In this document: positions 33,942-45,158 of the stretch, piece by piece | Layout of the letters: every line of letters starts with the position of its first letter | Numbering within the stretch: position 1 is the first letter of the stretch | Assembly: GCA_028278335.1 (NCBI GenBank) | Contig: JANQEN010000203.1 | Coordinates: 107,950 to 171,949, forward strand | DNA length: 64,000 bases | Direction: 5' to 3' | Origin: Chitinivibrionales bacterium | Lineage (GTDB): Bacteria > Fibrobacterota > Chitinivibrionia > Chitinivibrionales > JANQEN01 | Notes under the pieces: model-generated | Told to the model about the DNA's origin: nothing | The model's database searches: none | Seen by the model: the letters and a program-made list of their open reading frames with translations, nothing else | Program-made: the position numbers and the translations under genes

Positions 33942-36900
33942 TTACTCATTTTTCTGTAGCTTTTGTCGATTTCTCATTATGTGTAACTCTTCCTGTATCT
34001 CCTTAATTTTCTTATCAAGGACATCATTCTTTATAAGCAATTTTTGGACATGCAAGCGTTCGTTTCTAATATCATTCTCCATAGCTTTAACAACTGATGT
34101 AAATTGGGTAATCGAATCAGTAACCATGGCCTCTGTTAACAATGGCTTCTTAGATGGAATAGAATCTCCTACTTGGACAGCTGTTTCCAGGGAAGTTGAA
34201 TCTATTGCACTTGAATCAACAGTTGTTTTTTGACTACTGCGAGCCGCTTTTGGCAAAGTCACCGCAGTGATAAAGCTTTGCGCAGTGTCAAGTAATGCAT
34301 AGAGTGCACAGGCGACCCCATGACGAGTTGAATGACTATCCACAATCTCTATGGCCAATGAATTATCGCCTCCAGTAAGAAGGGTTGCAATAGCAGAGAC
34401 ACTATCGATTCTCTTAGATTTACTCTTTTGTGTCGTATCGCTCAAGAGCAGTTTCTCATTCACGTATACCCTATACTTTCCTGTGCAGGCAATATAAAAG
34501 GAGGCTTCCCGTGGTACTCCATCTAAAAAGATATTAGTCCACATATAGAGTTTTGACGCATTGGGATCGCCCCAAATGACCATGGGCTTTCCAATAGTAA
34601 ATTCAGGAGATGTCCTTTTTGCCACAACCTGCACTGACTTCCACCCCGCGGTGTCAGGTTCCTGAGCATTCCAGGTAGGGATACTATCAGTACGATAAAT
34701 CCATTTATCATCGGATACTGAAACATGACCAAGATAGTAATCCTTGCCATAGGTTTCCGGGCTAAGTCTGGCCAGTCGCTCCATTATCGACTGATGCCAC
34801 TTGGTCTGAGTAAGTCCCTCTTTTTTGACAAGTTCCAGGGCATCCTCATACCCAAAAAGTGATTTGTCTTGTAGCTCAAAGGTCAAATCCTCAAATTGAA
34901 ATACATACTCCTCTCGTTCATCCTCATCCATATCTTCGGGTAAGTTTTCCGAAGCAATCAGAATCTCCTCGGCAAGTTTGTCAAAACCATTGGGAATAAG
35001 AAAATTAATTCTTCCAAAAAAGTTTAAACACTCCTCTTCTGTTTCGGGAAAAAGGGTAAGTTTTTTTAACTCCTTGGCAGAGGTAAGATAATAATCACGG
35101 GCAACCGTCATCAAAGGTTCTAAGGTCTCTAAAAGCTGCTTTTTATACTGTATTAAAAAGAGCGGTTGCTCCCTTATTTTATCCGGTATGGGTGCCTTTT
35201 TCATTATCGAGACAGCCTGTGTCATAAAGGTTCCAGCTTGTAAATAGTTATCCATAAGGTGGACCTTTGCAGAATCTATCCACTCTTGCTGTTCAGATGA
35301 TAAGGAGTCAAGCCCCTTTGCCAAGGTGATCACCTTTGTAAAGGGAGAAAAGGATTTCTTCATTAATTGTGCGCAGGTCAAATTGATGTCCCTTTGAGCA
35401 ACCGCAGCTTTAACCGGATCTAACCCTTTTAATCGCTGTTTTTCCCAGGAGAGGGCAAACTCTTCGTACATTTCACCAATTCTATAGGCCGCCTCAAACA
35501 TACGGGTACTTTTGTACTCTATGGTCCGCTTAAAAACCTTAACCGCTTGCAAAAGAAGTTCTGTTTTCTCCTTCTGGATGCTCTTTGCCTCCTCTGGTGT
35601 AACATTAAAACTTAAGGCAGAAAAGGCCTGTTGCTTCAACAGACCAGCCTTAAAAGCGGCCTCACCAGCGTAGTAATTATTTGCAGTACGTTTAGAGACT
35701 AACAACCGTTTATTGTGCGCTTCAGCTTGGTCAAAGCTCATCAGAGCATTAACTGTATCTTCCTCCTTTAAATAACAGACACCGATCTGAAAATAGGCTT
35801 CAACTGAATTTTCTGAGTTTGGATAGCGAGAGATATAGTTTTTATAGACCCGAATGGCCTTTTCGCAAAGCGAAGCTTTAGAATAGTAGTGTGCAGAGCG
35901 AAGAATCATCATCTCCACATCCTTTTCCCCTGGGTAAAGCTGTGTATACCGTTCATTAGCCTCGGCCATTTTTTCCGGCTTTCCCATCTTTTCATAGGAG
36001 AGACCCACATTAAAAAGAGCATCCTTGGCCTTATCCGAAGAGGGATAATTGGACACAATCAATTCGTACATACGAGCAGCTTCATCAAATTTTTTGATCT
36101 TCTCAAAATTTGTAGCAGCATTAAAGAGAGCGTCGGGAGCCAGTTTTGATTGTGGATATTTATCATACAGCTCATAGTACGTTTTACAAGCTTTTTTCCA
36201 GGCCTCAATCTTTTCAAAGGCCTCGGCACTATTAAAAAGTGTGATATCACCATACTCACTGCCAGGATACCTTCTGTCAATCTCTCGATATTCAAGCGCA
36301 GCTTCTTCATATGCCTTGGATGAAGCAAGTTGTTTAGCATAGAGAAAACGCGACTGAAGCAGCAGTTTAAAGGCTTCACTCTTTTGGAGCTCATCGGTCG
36401 CCTCCTTCCATACAACCTCAAATCCAGCGGAAGCCTTGGTCCAATTTTCCATGCCAAAATGACATTTTGCAATCAGCAGTCCTGCGTCTTGGTAACGCGG
36501 TGTTGTGGGTCCTCGCTTTCGAATATGTTCGTAGGCTTTAATGGCATTAGCAAACATCTTTCTATTATAATACACAGAACCCATGTTCAGCACTACATCA
36601 TCAAAGGACTCACCTTTAGGAAATAGGGTCAGGTAATTTTTCGCTGCTTCAATAACCTTAGTTGAAGCAACATCAAGCTTTTTAGTGAGGGTTGTTGAAT
36701 CTAGGGGCATCATCTTTTGTGCAATGGCAATAGCATTCAATGCGGCCTGTTCACATCGTTGAGATTCAACAGACTTAAGGGTACTAAACTGCATAAATTT
36801 TGCATAGGCAACCTTCTTCTTATACAACTTGGTATCAAGGATCACCGCCAAGTTCCAAAGCGCCTCTGCAGTGATTGGATGATCAGGATAGGCCTTTACT

Positions 36901-39764
36901 AAAAGGTCATAATGTTTTGCTGCCTTTCGATAGAGCTCTTGATTACCATCTTTTTCTGCATCGCGGAAATAGGCGTCACCAACAAATAACCCTGTTGCAA
37001 TGGCCAAGGAATCAATCTCAGCGACAGATTTGGGGTCGCTCTTTTGCAAAGATGTATGCCATTTACTGCCACGGGCATAACGCTTGAAAAAATCTATCCG
37101 TTCCTGCATTGCCTGGTTGTGATTCCCATTGGTCTCAAATATCTTAATCAAATTTTCCGAAGCATGGGGAGCAATTCGCGACTGACCATATTTTTCAACA
37201 ATACGCCGATATATCTTAATTGCTGCAGTATAATCGAGATCTTCTTCGCGCAGCTTTCCCATTCTTTTGAGTACTAATGCAGCATAATCCCTATTGCCAA
37301 CAAGGGATAGAAATTTCATTGCCTCATCAATTTTTCCTCCCTGCTCATCAAAGCTAATGGCAATGTAATCTACTGCTTCTTCGCGCATAAGTGGGTTGGT
37401 GATCTCCTCTTCTTCAGCGCGTAATACATCAAAGTCAAGATCAACCTTCTCCACGAGATATTTAAAAACAGCCAGCGCATCATCGTACAAATCCTGCATA
37501 TAGTAGCACCAACCCAAATGGTAAATGGCAAACACATACTGGGGATGATCGGGGTACTGCATCACCCGCCGATAAGCTTCTTCTGCAAGGGTATAGCCCT
37601 TGCCTTCCTGAATTTGGGGGTTGCTAAAATAGTATTGACCGACATTCATATTCGCTTCAACAAAGTATTCACTCTCTGGATAGTTAGTAATAAGTAAAGA
37701 GAACTCCTTAAGCGCCTTCTCCTCCAACCCTAACTTTTTAAGAGCCAAGCCCTTGTAAAAAAGGGCATCATCGGCAAGCCAATGATCTCCATAGTTTTCC
37801 GTGATGACAGAATACATTCGAATCGATTCGTCTAATTCATATTCTGGAAACTCCATAAAGGTGGTATCACCCTCTTCAATACTCTTTTCATACACCTCCA
37901 AGCGGCGATTGAAATCATCACTGGATTCATCATAATGCAACTCGGCAAGCCGGTAGAGTACCTGGGGTATATAATTGCTCCCTGGGTTGACATCAATAAA
38001 TATCTCCATATGGTCAATGATACGTGCCCGCTCCTCTTCAATGGCACTGACAAGTGACCGTCGGTCAATCTCATTAAAAAGGGGCACCACATCTATTGTC
38101 GTATCTGCTTTCACTGTTGAATCGGTAGCACTGGTATCACGTTTTTGTCGAGAGTATCGCGCCATCTCTTTGTTCATATTGTCAAGATCTTCCTTTCGTT
38201 CTAAATACCGAATAAAGGCAAGATCTAAATATTTAGCCTGGATCTCTTGATTAAACCGATCAGCTTGATTACCCCGTTGATTATAGTAGCTCATAATCTC
38301 AGTGTACTCTTCTTTCTTGCTCACTAGATTGTCTTGAATCGACTGGAGTTGTTCCTGTTGTGCCGAATAAGCAAGATATGCCAGAGAATCCTCTTTTCTC
38401 TTTCCCGGATGTAAGGTGTCAACAACAGATATGAGTGTATCTGGAGCTGGTAATGTATCAATTGCCAAGAGGGAATCTTCTAAACGGGCAATACCCTTGC
38501 GAAGCATTATAATATAGCGCTGTTCAGCAAGTCCACGGATGCCCGTTTGATAATCTTTTTGAGAAATGGCGCCAATATCATAGAGCACAGAACGACACTT
38601 TTTTTTAAGACTTTCCAGATCCTTGATATTTTTCTGAGCCTCCTTAAGAAGCTTTTTTGGCCCAATCTCTAAAACCCGATATTCTAAAAGACGCCATTGA
38701 CGAATCATCTCATAAATTCGAATAAGCTCTTCATTCACCTCAAAGGAGAGTCGAGCATTAATGTTCTGTTCCTTGATCATTCCCCGAAGTTGCGATGCCT
38801 TGGTCTTATTTCCCATCTCTTGATAGGTCTTTTCTAATATGGAGGCCATCTCAAAAAAGCGATCAGCACTATTTCCCTTGTTTACAAAGGGTCGTGTTAT
38901 ATCCCGAGCCTTTTCATATTCCTTTAATTCCAAATGGATACGAGCAAGCTTTACCTGTGCATAACTATAGCGAATACTGTTTTTACTGACACCTCTATAA
39001 AAAGTTACTGCTGTGGGGTATTGTTTCTTCACGAAATAGATATCTCCCATTATGGTATACACTTCCTGTTTCATCATCTCATCGGTTGCATTGAGACGGA
39101 TTTCATCGAGTATTAACAGGGCTTTGTCTGCTTTGCCCAGTTGAAGGAAGGAGAGTGCAGCAAGATACTGTCCTTGATAATATCGAGCTGAGGAGCGTGG
39201 GATTTTAAGAAGTAATACTCCGCCCTCACCATAACGTTCAAGCTTAAAGTACAGTTTACCAATGACATATAACACTGATGGATAGAGTGGGTGGGCGCGA
39301 TATACATTTTCGTATAATGTGTGGATGGTATCAGCAAGAGCGCCATTTCGTGTATTATAGGCATGCTGGAGCACCCGAAAATAGGCTGCAGGGATTTTAT
39401 CACTCCTTGGGAATCGATCAATGACATACCGATAAGCATTGACCGCCCGTTCAGTTAAATTGAGCTTTCGATAACACTCCCCTGCCATAAAGGTGATGAA
39501 ATCCATGCGCCCATCAGGCAAATTAAGCTTGAGCATATTTTCCAAAATAGCCAAAGCCTTATTATAATTTCCCTTTTTGTAAAAAGTAAGAGCATCTTTA
39601 TAATCATCGGCTGTGGTAATTTCAAAGAGATTAAGGGTGATCAGTTCCTCCTCCAAGGCATCCTCTAATACCCAATCCACCTCCTGATTCTGGGTAGAAC
39701 TATTTGCCCATAACACAATCAGCATCATGATGAGTACTAATGATGTTTTTACTATTTGCAACAT
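33942..39764 (-). CDS. giant (1940 aa) secreted TPR-repeat protein with a C-terminal jelly-roll-like domain and coiled-coil tail
   Basis: N-terminal hydrophobic signal, then dozens of TPR/YbgF-like repeats (…A.F..G..Y....Y..A...F..L...YP.S…). Near the C-terminus is a beta-rich segment (WKSVQVV...LYMWTNIFLDG...FYIACTGKYRVYVNEKLL), followed by a coiled coil (KKIKEIQEELHIMRNRQKLQKNE). Confidence 0.7.
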   Translation of the reverse strand: MLQIVKTSLVLIMMLIVLWANSSTQNQEVDWVLEDALEEELITLNLFEITTADDYKDALTFYKKGNYNKALAILENMLKLNLPDGRMDFITFMAGECYRKLNLTERAVNAYRYVIDRFPRSDKIPAAYFRVLQHAYNTRNGALADTIHTLYENVYRAHPLYPSVLYVIGKLYFKLERYGEGGVLLLKIPRSSARYYQGQYLAALSFLQLGKADKALLILDEIRLNATDEMMKQEVYTIMGDIYFVKKQYPTAVTFYRGVSKNSIRYSYAQVKLARIHLELKEYEKARDITRPFVNKGNSADRFFEMASILEKTYQEMGNKTKASQLRGMIKEQNINARLSFEVNEELIRIYEMIRQWRLLEYRVLEIGPKKLLKEAQKNIKDLESLKKKCRSVLYDIGAISQKDYQTGIRGLAEQRYIIMLRKGIARLEDSLLAIDTLPAPDTLISVVDTLHPGKRKEDSLAYLAYSAQQEQLQSIQDNLVSKKEEYTEIMSYYNQRGNQADRFNQEIQAKYLDLAFIRYLERKEDLDNMNKEMARYSRQKRDTSATDSTVKADTTIDVVPLFNEIDRRSLVSAIEEERARIIDHMEIFIDVNPGSNYIPQVLYRLAELHYDESSDDFNRRLEVYEKSIEEGDTTFMEFPEYELDESIRMYSVITENYGDHWLADDALFYKGLALKKLGLEEKALKEFSLLITNYPESEYFVEANMNVGQYYFSNPQIQEGKGYTLAEEAYRRVMQYPDHPQYVFAIYHLGWCYYMQDLYDDALAVFKYLVEKVDLDFDVLRAEEEEITNPLMREEAVDYIAISFDEQGGKIDEAMKFLSLVGNRDYAALVLKRMGKLREEDLDYTAAIKIYRRIVEKYGQSRIAPHASENLIKIFETNGNHNQAMQERIDFFKRYARGSKWHTSLQKSDPKSVAEIDSLAIATGLFVGDAYFRDAEKDGNQELYRKAAKHYDLLVKAYPDHPITAEALWNLAVILDTKLYKKKVAYAKFMQFSTLKSVESQRCEQAALNAIAIAQKMMPLDSTTLTKKLDVASTKVIEAAKNYLTLFPKGESFDDVVLNMGSVYYNRKMFANAIKAYEHIRKRGPTTPRYQDAGLLIAKCHFGMENWTKASAGFEVVWKEATDELQKSEAFKLLLQSRFLYAKQLASSKAYEEAALEYREIDRRYPGSEYGDITLFNSAEAFEKIEAWKKACKTYYELYDKYPQSKLAPDALFNAATNFEKIKKFDEAARMYELIVSNYPSSDKAKDALFNVGLSYEKMGKPEKMAEANERYTQLYPGEKDVEMMILRSAHYYSKASLCEKAIRVYKNYISRYPNSENSVEAYFQIGVCYLKEEDTVNALMSFDQAEAHNKRLLVSKRTANNYYAGEAAFKAGLLKQQAFSALSFNVTPEEAKSIQKEKTELLLQAVKVFKRTIEYKSTRMFEAAYRIGEMYEEFALSWEKQRLKGLDPVKAAVAQRDINLTCAQLMKKSFSPFTKVITLAKGLDSLSSEQQEWIDSAKVHLMDNYLQAGTFMTQAVSIMKKAPIPDKIREQPLFLIQYKKQLLETLEPLMTVARDYYLTSAKELKKLTLFPETEEECLNFFGRINFLIPNGFDKLAEEILIASENLPEDMDEDEREEYVFQFEDLTFELQDKSLFGYEDALELVKKEGLTQTKWHQSIMERLARLSPETYGKDYYLGHVSVSDDKWIYRTDSIPTWNAQEPDTAGWKSVQVVAKRTSPEFTIGKPMVIWGDPNASKLYMWTNIFLDGVPREASFYIACTGKYRVYVNEKLLLSDTTQKSKSKRIDSVSAIATLLTGGDNSLAIEIVDSHSTRHGVACALYALLDTAQSFITAVTLPKAARSSQKTTVDSSAIDSTSLETAVQVGDSIPSKKPLLTEAMVTDSITQFTSVVKAMENDIRNERLHVQKLLIKNDVLDKKIKEIQEELHIMRNRQKLQKNE

Positions 39765-42700
39765 CTAAATCCCACATCCTCCGAAGAGATCATCATACTA
39801 CTGGTAAAGAAAAAGCCACAGCGCGCTTTCTCCCCATATTTATAAGAACCGCCAATGATTTTTGGCTTTCCATTCTTTGGATCTATAACCCACTCCCATA
39901 CATTACCAATCATGTCATGAGTACCATAGGGTTCTTTACACTCGCTAAAGTTTCCTGAGCGAAACATTTTATCACCCTCGGTTGGACAACGCTCTTTATC
40001 ATACTGGCTTCCATAGGGATATTGCTCGGCCTGATATTTCTTACGGTCTTTTAGACTCTTGCCGCTACAGGCATATTGCCATTCCTCAACAGAGCAGAGA
40101 TGCTTGCCTTGATCGTAACAGTACATTTTGGCCCGAACCCAAGAAACAGCAATCCGGGGAGTCTCCTTTATCTTATTGGGCCATTCATAGGTGTCAATAC
40201 AGAAGGAGCTGTCACCCATCCGTGGGACAAAAACCATATTCTGGGGACAAGCCCCATACACAGCCACCTCTTTTTCAAACTGAGATGACTGTTTTTTTGG
40301 ATCCAAGACAGTTAATCGCGCAATATATTTACCAGCTTTGTGAAATGAATGATGTACTGTTGGAGTTCCCTTTTTCTTTGCATCAACCTTCCCATCGCCA
40401 TTAAAATCCCAATGATATTCAAGACTAGAGAGAGGACTCTCTTGATCTAATGTTGCCGAGGCATCAAATTGAATCGATTGCCCCACAGAGCCACCCTTTG
40501 GCGATAGGGTAAACTGTGGTGACGGTGGCAAGTCTATGAAATAGACAAAGGTGTCAATTTCTCCCCGATAGCCCGATGCGTCAACAACAAAGGCCATGAT
40601 AGTATCCGATGTAAGTAGGGTAATCGGTGTTGTGTAAATGTTCGACTTGAGTGATGGTTTTTTACCATTATGTTCATAATAAATTTGTGACTTCTCATCG
40701 TAAGTGCTAAAGGAGAGTGACAATATGCGGTTGTATATCTTTTTTTTGCTAGATGGGATCGTTGGCACTGCCCGGGGCTTGAATACGTCAAGTACTGATA
40801 TAGCACCTTGATTACCGGCAGCATCCTCTGCATAGAAGGCCAATTTCGCTTCACCACTGCGCAAAATACTTATCCGATCACGGGACCGTGTAAATTTGTT
40901 ACCGGCAATCTGGGTGGTATTGCTAAAGAAAGGACTTGTACCGTCCAGTGTATAATAGATCGACGCATTTTCACTACACTCAAAAAAGATTGAAACCGAA
41001 TCACCGACACCTTTTTTTACCGAGATTGTTGCTCGCGGTGCAGTCCAGTCAATCAGATACTGCAATCGCCGCAGAGGACTCTTAAAGCCGGTTGGTGACA
41101 GCGAGTAATACTCAAGTACATGGAGCCCCTCTTCATTCAGGAGGATTGTATCATGATAGCGTAAAAAGGTACTATCCGAGGCAAATCGCCAATAGATCTC
41201 ACCGGCCATATTGGTTGTAAACATTACCGGTACTGCGGCATTATACACTCCGCCCTCGGGCTGTACAAGAACCATGGGCTTTTGCAGATCATCCATAGTG
41301 ACAATATCACTGGCATTTCCCGCTCTGTCTACAGCAAAATAGCGCAGCTCCTGGTTCATACGGAGGGTTATTTCCTTTGTAAACTGAGGAGAGGATCGAG
41401 TCGGTTCAAGCTCTCCCACTTCATAGTAGATTCGGGCCTCTTCATTGGAAACCAACAACACGCTAAATTCATTTTCCTTAGTTTTACTCCGCTCAATGAT
41501 CGCCTTAACCTTGGGAGGATCAATATCAACAAAAAATTCCAATATCTTTTCCTCACTTCGATTATCAGCCTCATCAATGGCAACATAGCGAATCGTGGTC
41601 ACACCAATTTTTGAAATTATAACACCCTTCCGATAGACGATTGCTCGCTCATCGGGTTTGGTACCATCCTGGGTATAGAGTATGGTCACCGGTTCCGATG
41701 CAGAAAAGGTCAGCTTAAATCGCCTGTTGTACGTTCCTGACAAATGCGAGGAGGATACCGTTGGTGGTGTTCGATCGTACTTGCGCTCCCACACAAGAAG
41801 AGGTGATCGATTTTTTGCCTTATCCTCGGCCACCGCCCTTATCAACGCTTTACCTTTGTGTGGCACAACAATGGGTTCAGAATAGGTGTTCCATTCCTCA
41901 ACTTTAGCACGACGATCAAAGGTGTATAGAATGGTCGCATTCTCTTTAGTAAACAATGTGAGTGTATCGGCCTTTATTCCCTCTCTATGATTGTACCGTA
42001 CCCGTGGTGGTACTGTATCAATGATATAGGTTGCTTGATTGATCACTGATTCACTATTGTAATCATTGCGCGCAAAAAATCTAACCAGCACTAAACCATG
42101 AGGACAGGGCACTGGTCTAATATAGGGAGTAAACATGCGTGTCGGCATGGAAGGGTCAAAGGAGTAGTAAACCTTGGCTTTTTGTGAAGGCTTAAGGGAG
42201 ATTTTGACTGGGTAGTTGTATATACCAGGTTTTGGCCGAATTGCAATCTTGATCGAGGTAGTATCTACCATGTAAAACAGGGAGTCACTTCTGGTTCTAT
42301 TACCAGCTCGATCAACCGCACTTATATACCCAACAAAGCGCTGTGTGATGATGGTTGAATCGGTTATCTTCACCCGCTCTTTACCCACAGGATCTCGATG
42401 TCGAAACAATCGACAGGGTTCATTTGTATTTATGCGTAACACTACCGGCTTTCGATAAACTCCAGAGGGTGGATCAATAGAAAGGGTGGGAGGCTGCAAA
42501 TCCAACACATAAGCAACGGAATCAATTTTGGAACGGTTTCCGTAGATATCTTCTCCATAGTAATAGAGTATGGTTTTCCCTGGGTTTGAAATATTAATTC
42601 CCTGTTTAAAGGCCTTCATAGATTTGGATGAGTTAATACCAACCCAAAGTTGAGCATTCTCATTTGCGCTAAAAGAGACGTAAAAAGGTTTGCTGTGGAA

Positions 42701-42826
42701 TCGTTTTTTTGGTGAAATTTCAATTTTGGGTGGTATAGTATCCAACCAGGAGGGGACTGTGTCTTTTTGTGCGAAAGCTGCTACAACACACAGTAGCAAA
42801 CCAAGGATAGGGTAAAGTTTTTTCAC
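39752..42826 (-). CDS. secreted multi-repeat protein: about 9 chitobiase/hexosaminidase-C-like (FN3/Ig-like) repeats plus a PKD domain plus a C-terminal FGE-sulfatase (SUMF1/DUF323) domain
   Basis: Signal peptide. Repeats carry the signature (A/V)xI(Y/L)YTxDGxxP...AxDxAGNxS (e.g. ASIYYTLDGTSP, VTILYTQDGTKP, VAIDEADNRS). PKD: HWDFNGDGKVD...GKYIARLTVLD. FGE-like: HDMIGNVWEWV...GGSYKYG...VGFRCCK. Confidence 0.65.
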   Translation of the reverse strand: MKKLYPILGLLLCVVAAFAQKDTVPSWLDTIPPKIEISPKKRFHSKPFYVSFSANENAQLWVGINSSKSMKAFKQGINISNPGKTILYYYGEDIYGNRSKIDSVAYVLDLQPPTLSIDPPSGVYRKPVVLRINTNEPCRLFRHRDPVGKERVKITDSTIITQRFVGYISAVDRAGNRTRSDSLFYMVDTTSIKIAIRPKPGIYNYPVKISLKPSQKAKVYYSFDPSMPTRMFTPYIRPVPCPHGLVLVRFFARNDYNSESVINQATYIIDTVPPRVRYNHREGIKADTLTLFTKENATILYTFDRRAKVEEWNTYSEPIVVPHKGKALIRAVAEDKAKNRSPLLVWERKYDRTPPTVSSSHLSGTYNRRFKLTFSASEPVTILYTQDGTKPDERAIVYRKGVIISKIGVTTIRYVAIDEADNRSEEKILEFFVDIDPPKVKAIIERSKTKENEFSVLLVSNEEARIYYEVGELEPTRSSPQFTKEITLRMNQELRYFAVDRAGNASDIVTMDDLQKPMVLVQPEGGVYNAAVPVMFTTNMAGEIYWRFASDSTFLRYHDTILLNEEGLHVLEYYSLSPTGFKSPLRRLQYLIDWTAPRATISVKKGVGDSVSIFFECSENASIYYTLDGTSPFFSNTTQIAGNKFTRSRDRISILRSGEAKLAFYAEDAAGNQGAISVLDVFKPRAVPTIPSSKKKIYNRILSLSFSTYDEKSQIYYEHNGKKPSLKSNIYTTPITLLTSDTIMAFVVDASGYRGEIDTFVYFIDLPPSPQFTLSPKGGSVGQSIQFDASATLDQESPLSSLEYHWDFNGDGKVDAKKKGTPTVHHSFHKAGKYIARLTVLDPKKQSSQFEKEVAVYGACPQNMVFVPRMGDSSFCIDTYEWPNKIKETPRIAVSWVRAKMYCYDQGKHLCSVEEWQYACSGKSLKDRKKYQAEQYPYGSQYDKERCPTEGDKMFRSGNFSECKEPYGTHDMIGNVWEWVIDPKNGKPKIIGGSYKYGEKARCGFFFTSSMMISSEDVGFRCCK

Positions 42827-44934
42827 TTGTTCGTTCCCTTGAGTAAAGAATTGATCAATTCTCGCACCTTTGAGTCTTTCGATTTTTGAAAAGCCTTTTG
42901 CAGATGCTCCACAGCCAATTCTCTGTATTGTTTATACTCTTTATAAATCCATCCCATATACAGATCTGGCTCAGGACTGAAGGGATCCATCTTTTGTGCA
43001 TTTTTTAGTACATAGATTGTTTTGTCATAATTCCTTCCACCCTTAAACCGAATAATATCGAACATACTCTTTCCCAAACCCAAATGCACATCAAAATCAT
43101 CTTTATAATCTTTGTCCTTCATGAGCGTCTGATACTGCTCAATGGCTACCTCATACCATCCCATTTTTCGGTAAATATCAGGGAGTTTTAATCGGTACTC
43201 ACGATCTTGGGGAAAGTCATTGAGGTAGCTGTCTACAATCTCCATGGCCTCCTTAAAGCGCTCATTTTTTTCAAATAACGAGATGAGTAAAGCCAACACC
43301 TCTCGGTTACCCGGTGATAACTCCAGTATTTTGCGATAATAGAGCATTGCCTTATCATCATTCTCTAAGAGGATCATCAGCTCAGCCTGTTTCTTAAGAA
43401 TCTCTATTCGATTGGGTGCTAAAAAGAGCACCTCATCCAAACAAGCTGCAGCCTCTTTCTCTTTTCCCAAGGCAAGATAGGCAAGAGCCATGTTGTAGAG
43501 AATCGTTTCGCTCTTTTTTCCCTGTTTGTCAGCCTTCTTATAAATTTTAATAGCCTTTTTGATATCCCCCGATAGAAAGAGGATATTACCCTGATTATTT
43601 AAAGCAGATTGTCCGATCAGTTGATCATCAGCAGCTTTTTCAAACATCCTCTTAGCCCTATCCCACTGTTTAGCGTACCAATAGAGCACTCCCAGGTTGA
43701 GATAAATCTCTCCTAATTGGGGATGTATCTTTTGCGCTTTTAGCAAAACCCTCTCTGCTTTCTTATACCAACCTAATTTGAAATAGGTATTAGAAAGACT
43801 AATGAGATGGGGAACATTGTTCGGTTCAAAGACAAGAGCATTCTCTAAAACCCGGCAGGATTCCATCAAATTTCCCGCCTCCCGATAGGCTTCTCCTAAA
43901 AAGGAATAGTATCGAATATAACGGGGACGATATTTAATGAGTCGCCGAAATATCTCCGCAGAGGTGGTAAATTGTCCCACCAGTAAATAGGCGCGTCCCA
44001 ACAAAAAATCGGTTTCCAAATTAGAGGGACCTGCAGCAACAGCACGCATTAAAACCGATACGGCTCGCTGGTACTGCCCAGCCTGTAAATAACCCAATCC
44101 AATAGAGCGCATCCCGGCAACACTCTTTTCTAAAATCTCCATTTTCGAATCAATAAAGGAGGTGGCTCGATTGGTACTCCCGGACTTAAGAAGCATCTCC
44201 GCTTGCTGTGCTGTGATCAAAGAGGAGTTAGTTGACTTTGACAGAGCACGATCAAGATAGTTCTGAGCCTCTTTGATGTTTCTCCCTCTATTGTAAAGCA
44301 TACCAATACGATAGAATACGGGTGCAAAATCCTCAGTCATTTCAATGACCCGTTTGTAGGCAGATATGGCACTGGTCAAATCGTCCTTCATTTCATAGCC
44401 ATACCCTGTTGCAAAGGTCGCATAGTGGCTAATGACACTTGGAAAAGAAATACGATCTCTACGCTTGCGTGTCTTTTTGGAAGAGAGCTTTATATGGGCC
44501 TTTACTTGATCTAACAACGCTATACACTGGTCATTATAAGAACGGTAGGTCCAACGGGCTCTTTTCTTTTTAACAATCATCTTATTGGACTGCTTATGTA
44601 TCAACTTTAAGGTCAGATAGACACTATCATCATTGGCCTTATAGAAACCACCTATTGCATAATCCCATCCCCATCGCTCTTGATGTATCAGAAGTAAACT
44701 ATCGTTGCTGAGTCGCCACCCAGAGGAATCTACAGAAAAGACAAAAACCGGGTCCCACACCTGTACATCGGTCCTCTCGGAAAGAGACCGAAAGAACATC
44801 TCCGGAATCGAATATCCCACCCAGTCAACCAGGGGATCATTGGTTTTATTTTCCAAAGGGAAAATAACCAGACTCACCTTAGCATACATATTTACAGAGA
44901 CAAGTAATAACAGGATACAGATAAGCTTTTTCAT
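42823..44934 (-). CDS. secreted TPR-repeat protein with a TolB-N/LpoB-like N-terminal domain
   Basis: Signal peptide MKKLICILLLLVSVNMYA, then an N-terminal VSLVIFPLENKTNDP... module and about 12 TPR repeats. Its stop overlaps the start of the next gene (42823-42826). Confidence 0.7.
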   Translation of the reverse strand: MKKLICILLLLVSVNMYAKVSLVIFPLENKTNDPLVDWVGYSIPEMFFRSLSERTDVQVWDPVFVFSVDSSGWRLSNDSLLLIHQERWGWDYAIGGFYKANDDSVYLTLKLIHKQSNKMIVKKKRARWTYRSYNDQCIALLDQVKAHIKLSSKKTRKRRDRISFPSVISHYATFATGYGYEMKDDLTSAISAYKRVIEMTEDFAPVFYRIGMLYNRGRNIKEAQNYLDRALSKSTNSSLITAQQAEMLLKSGSTNRATSFIDSKMEILEKSVAGMRSIGLGYLQAGQYQRAVSVLMRAVAAGPSNLETDFLLGRAYLLVGQFTTSAEIFRRLIKYRPRYIRYYSFLGEAYREAGNLMESCRVLENALVFEPNNVPHLISLSNTYFKLGWYKKAERVLLKAQKIHPQLGEIYLNLGVLYWYAKQWDRAKRMFEKAADDQLIGQSALNNQGNILFLSGDIKKAIKIYKKADKQGKKSETILYNMALAYLALGKEKEAAACLDEVLFLAPNRIEILKKQAELMILLENDDKAMLYYRKILELSPGNREVLALLISLFEKNERFKEAMEIVDSYLNDFPQDREYRLKLPDIYRKMGWYEVAIEQYQTLMKDKDYKDDFDVHLGLGKSMFDIIRFKGGRNYDKTIYVLKNAQKMDPFSPEPDLYMGWIYKEYKQYRELAVEHLQKAFQKSKDSKVRELINSLLKGTNK

Positions 44935-45158
44935 AGCATTTACTGTGTGCGGAGATCCACTCCCAATTCCAAACAGGCATTATCAATCACGAGGCGCAAA
45001 ATATCCAAAGAGTAATTTCGAGTTATGATGACATAGGGAGTTTAGAAATTAAACTGTGCGTCATATTCTTTAATTATATAATTATGGAATACTATATTAA
45101 ATAGCAATTCTTTATATCACAATTAATTATGGTCCTTTAATTGACATCATCTCTTTAA

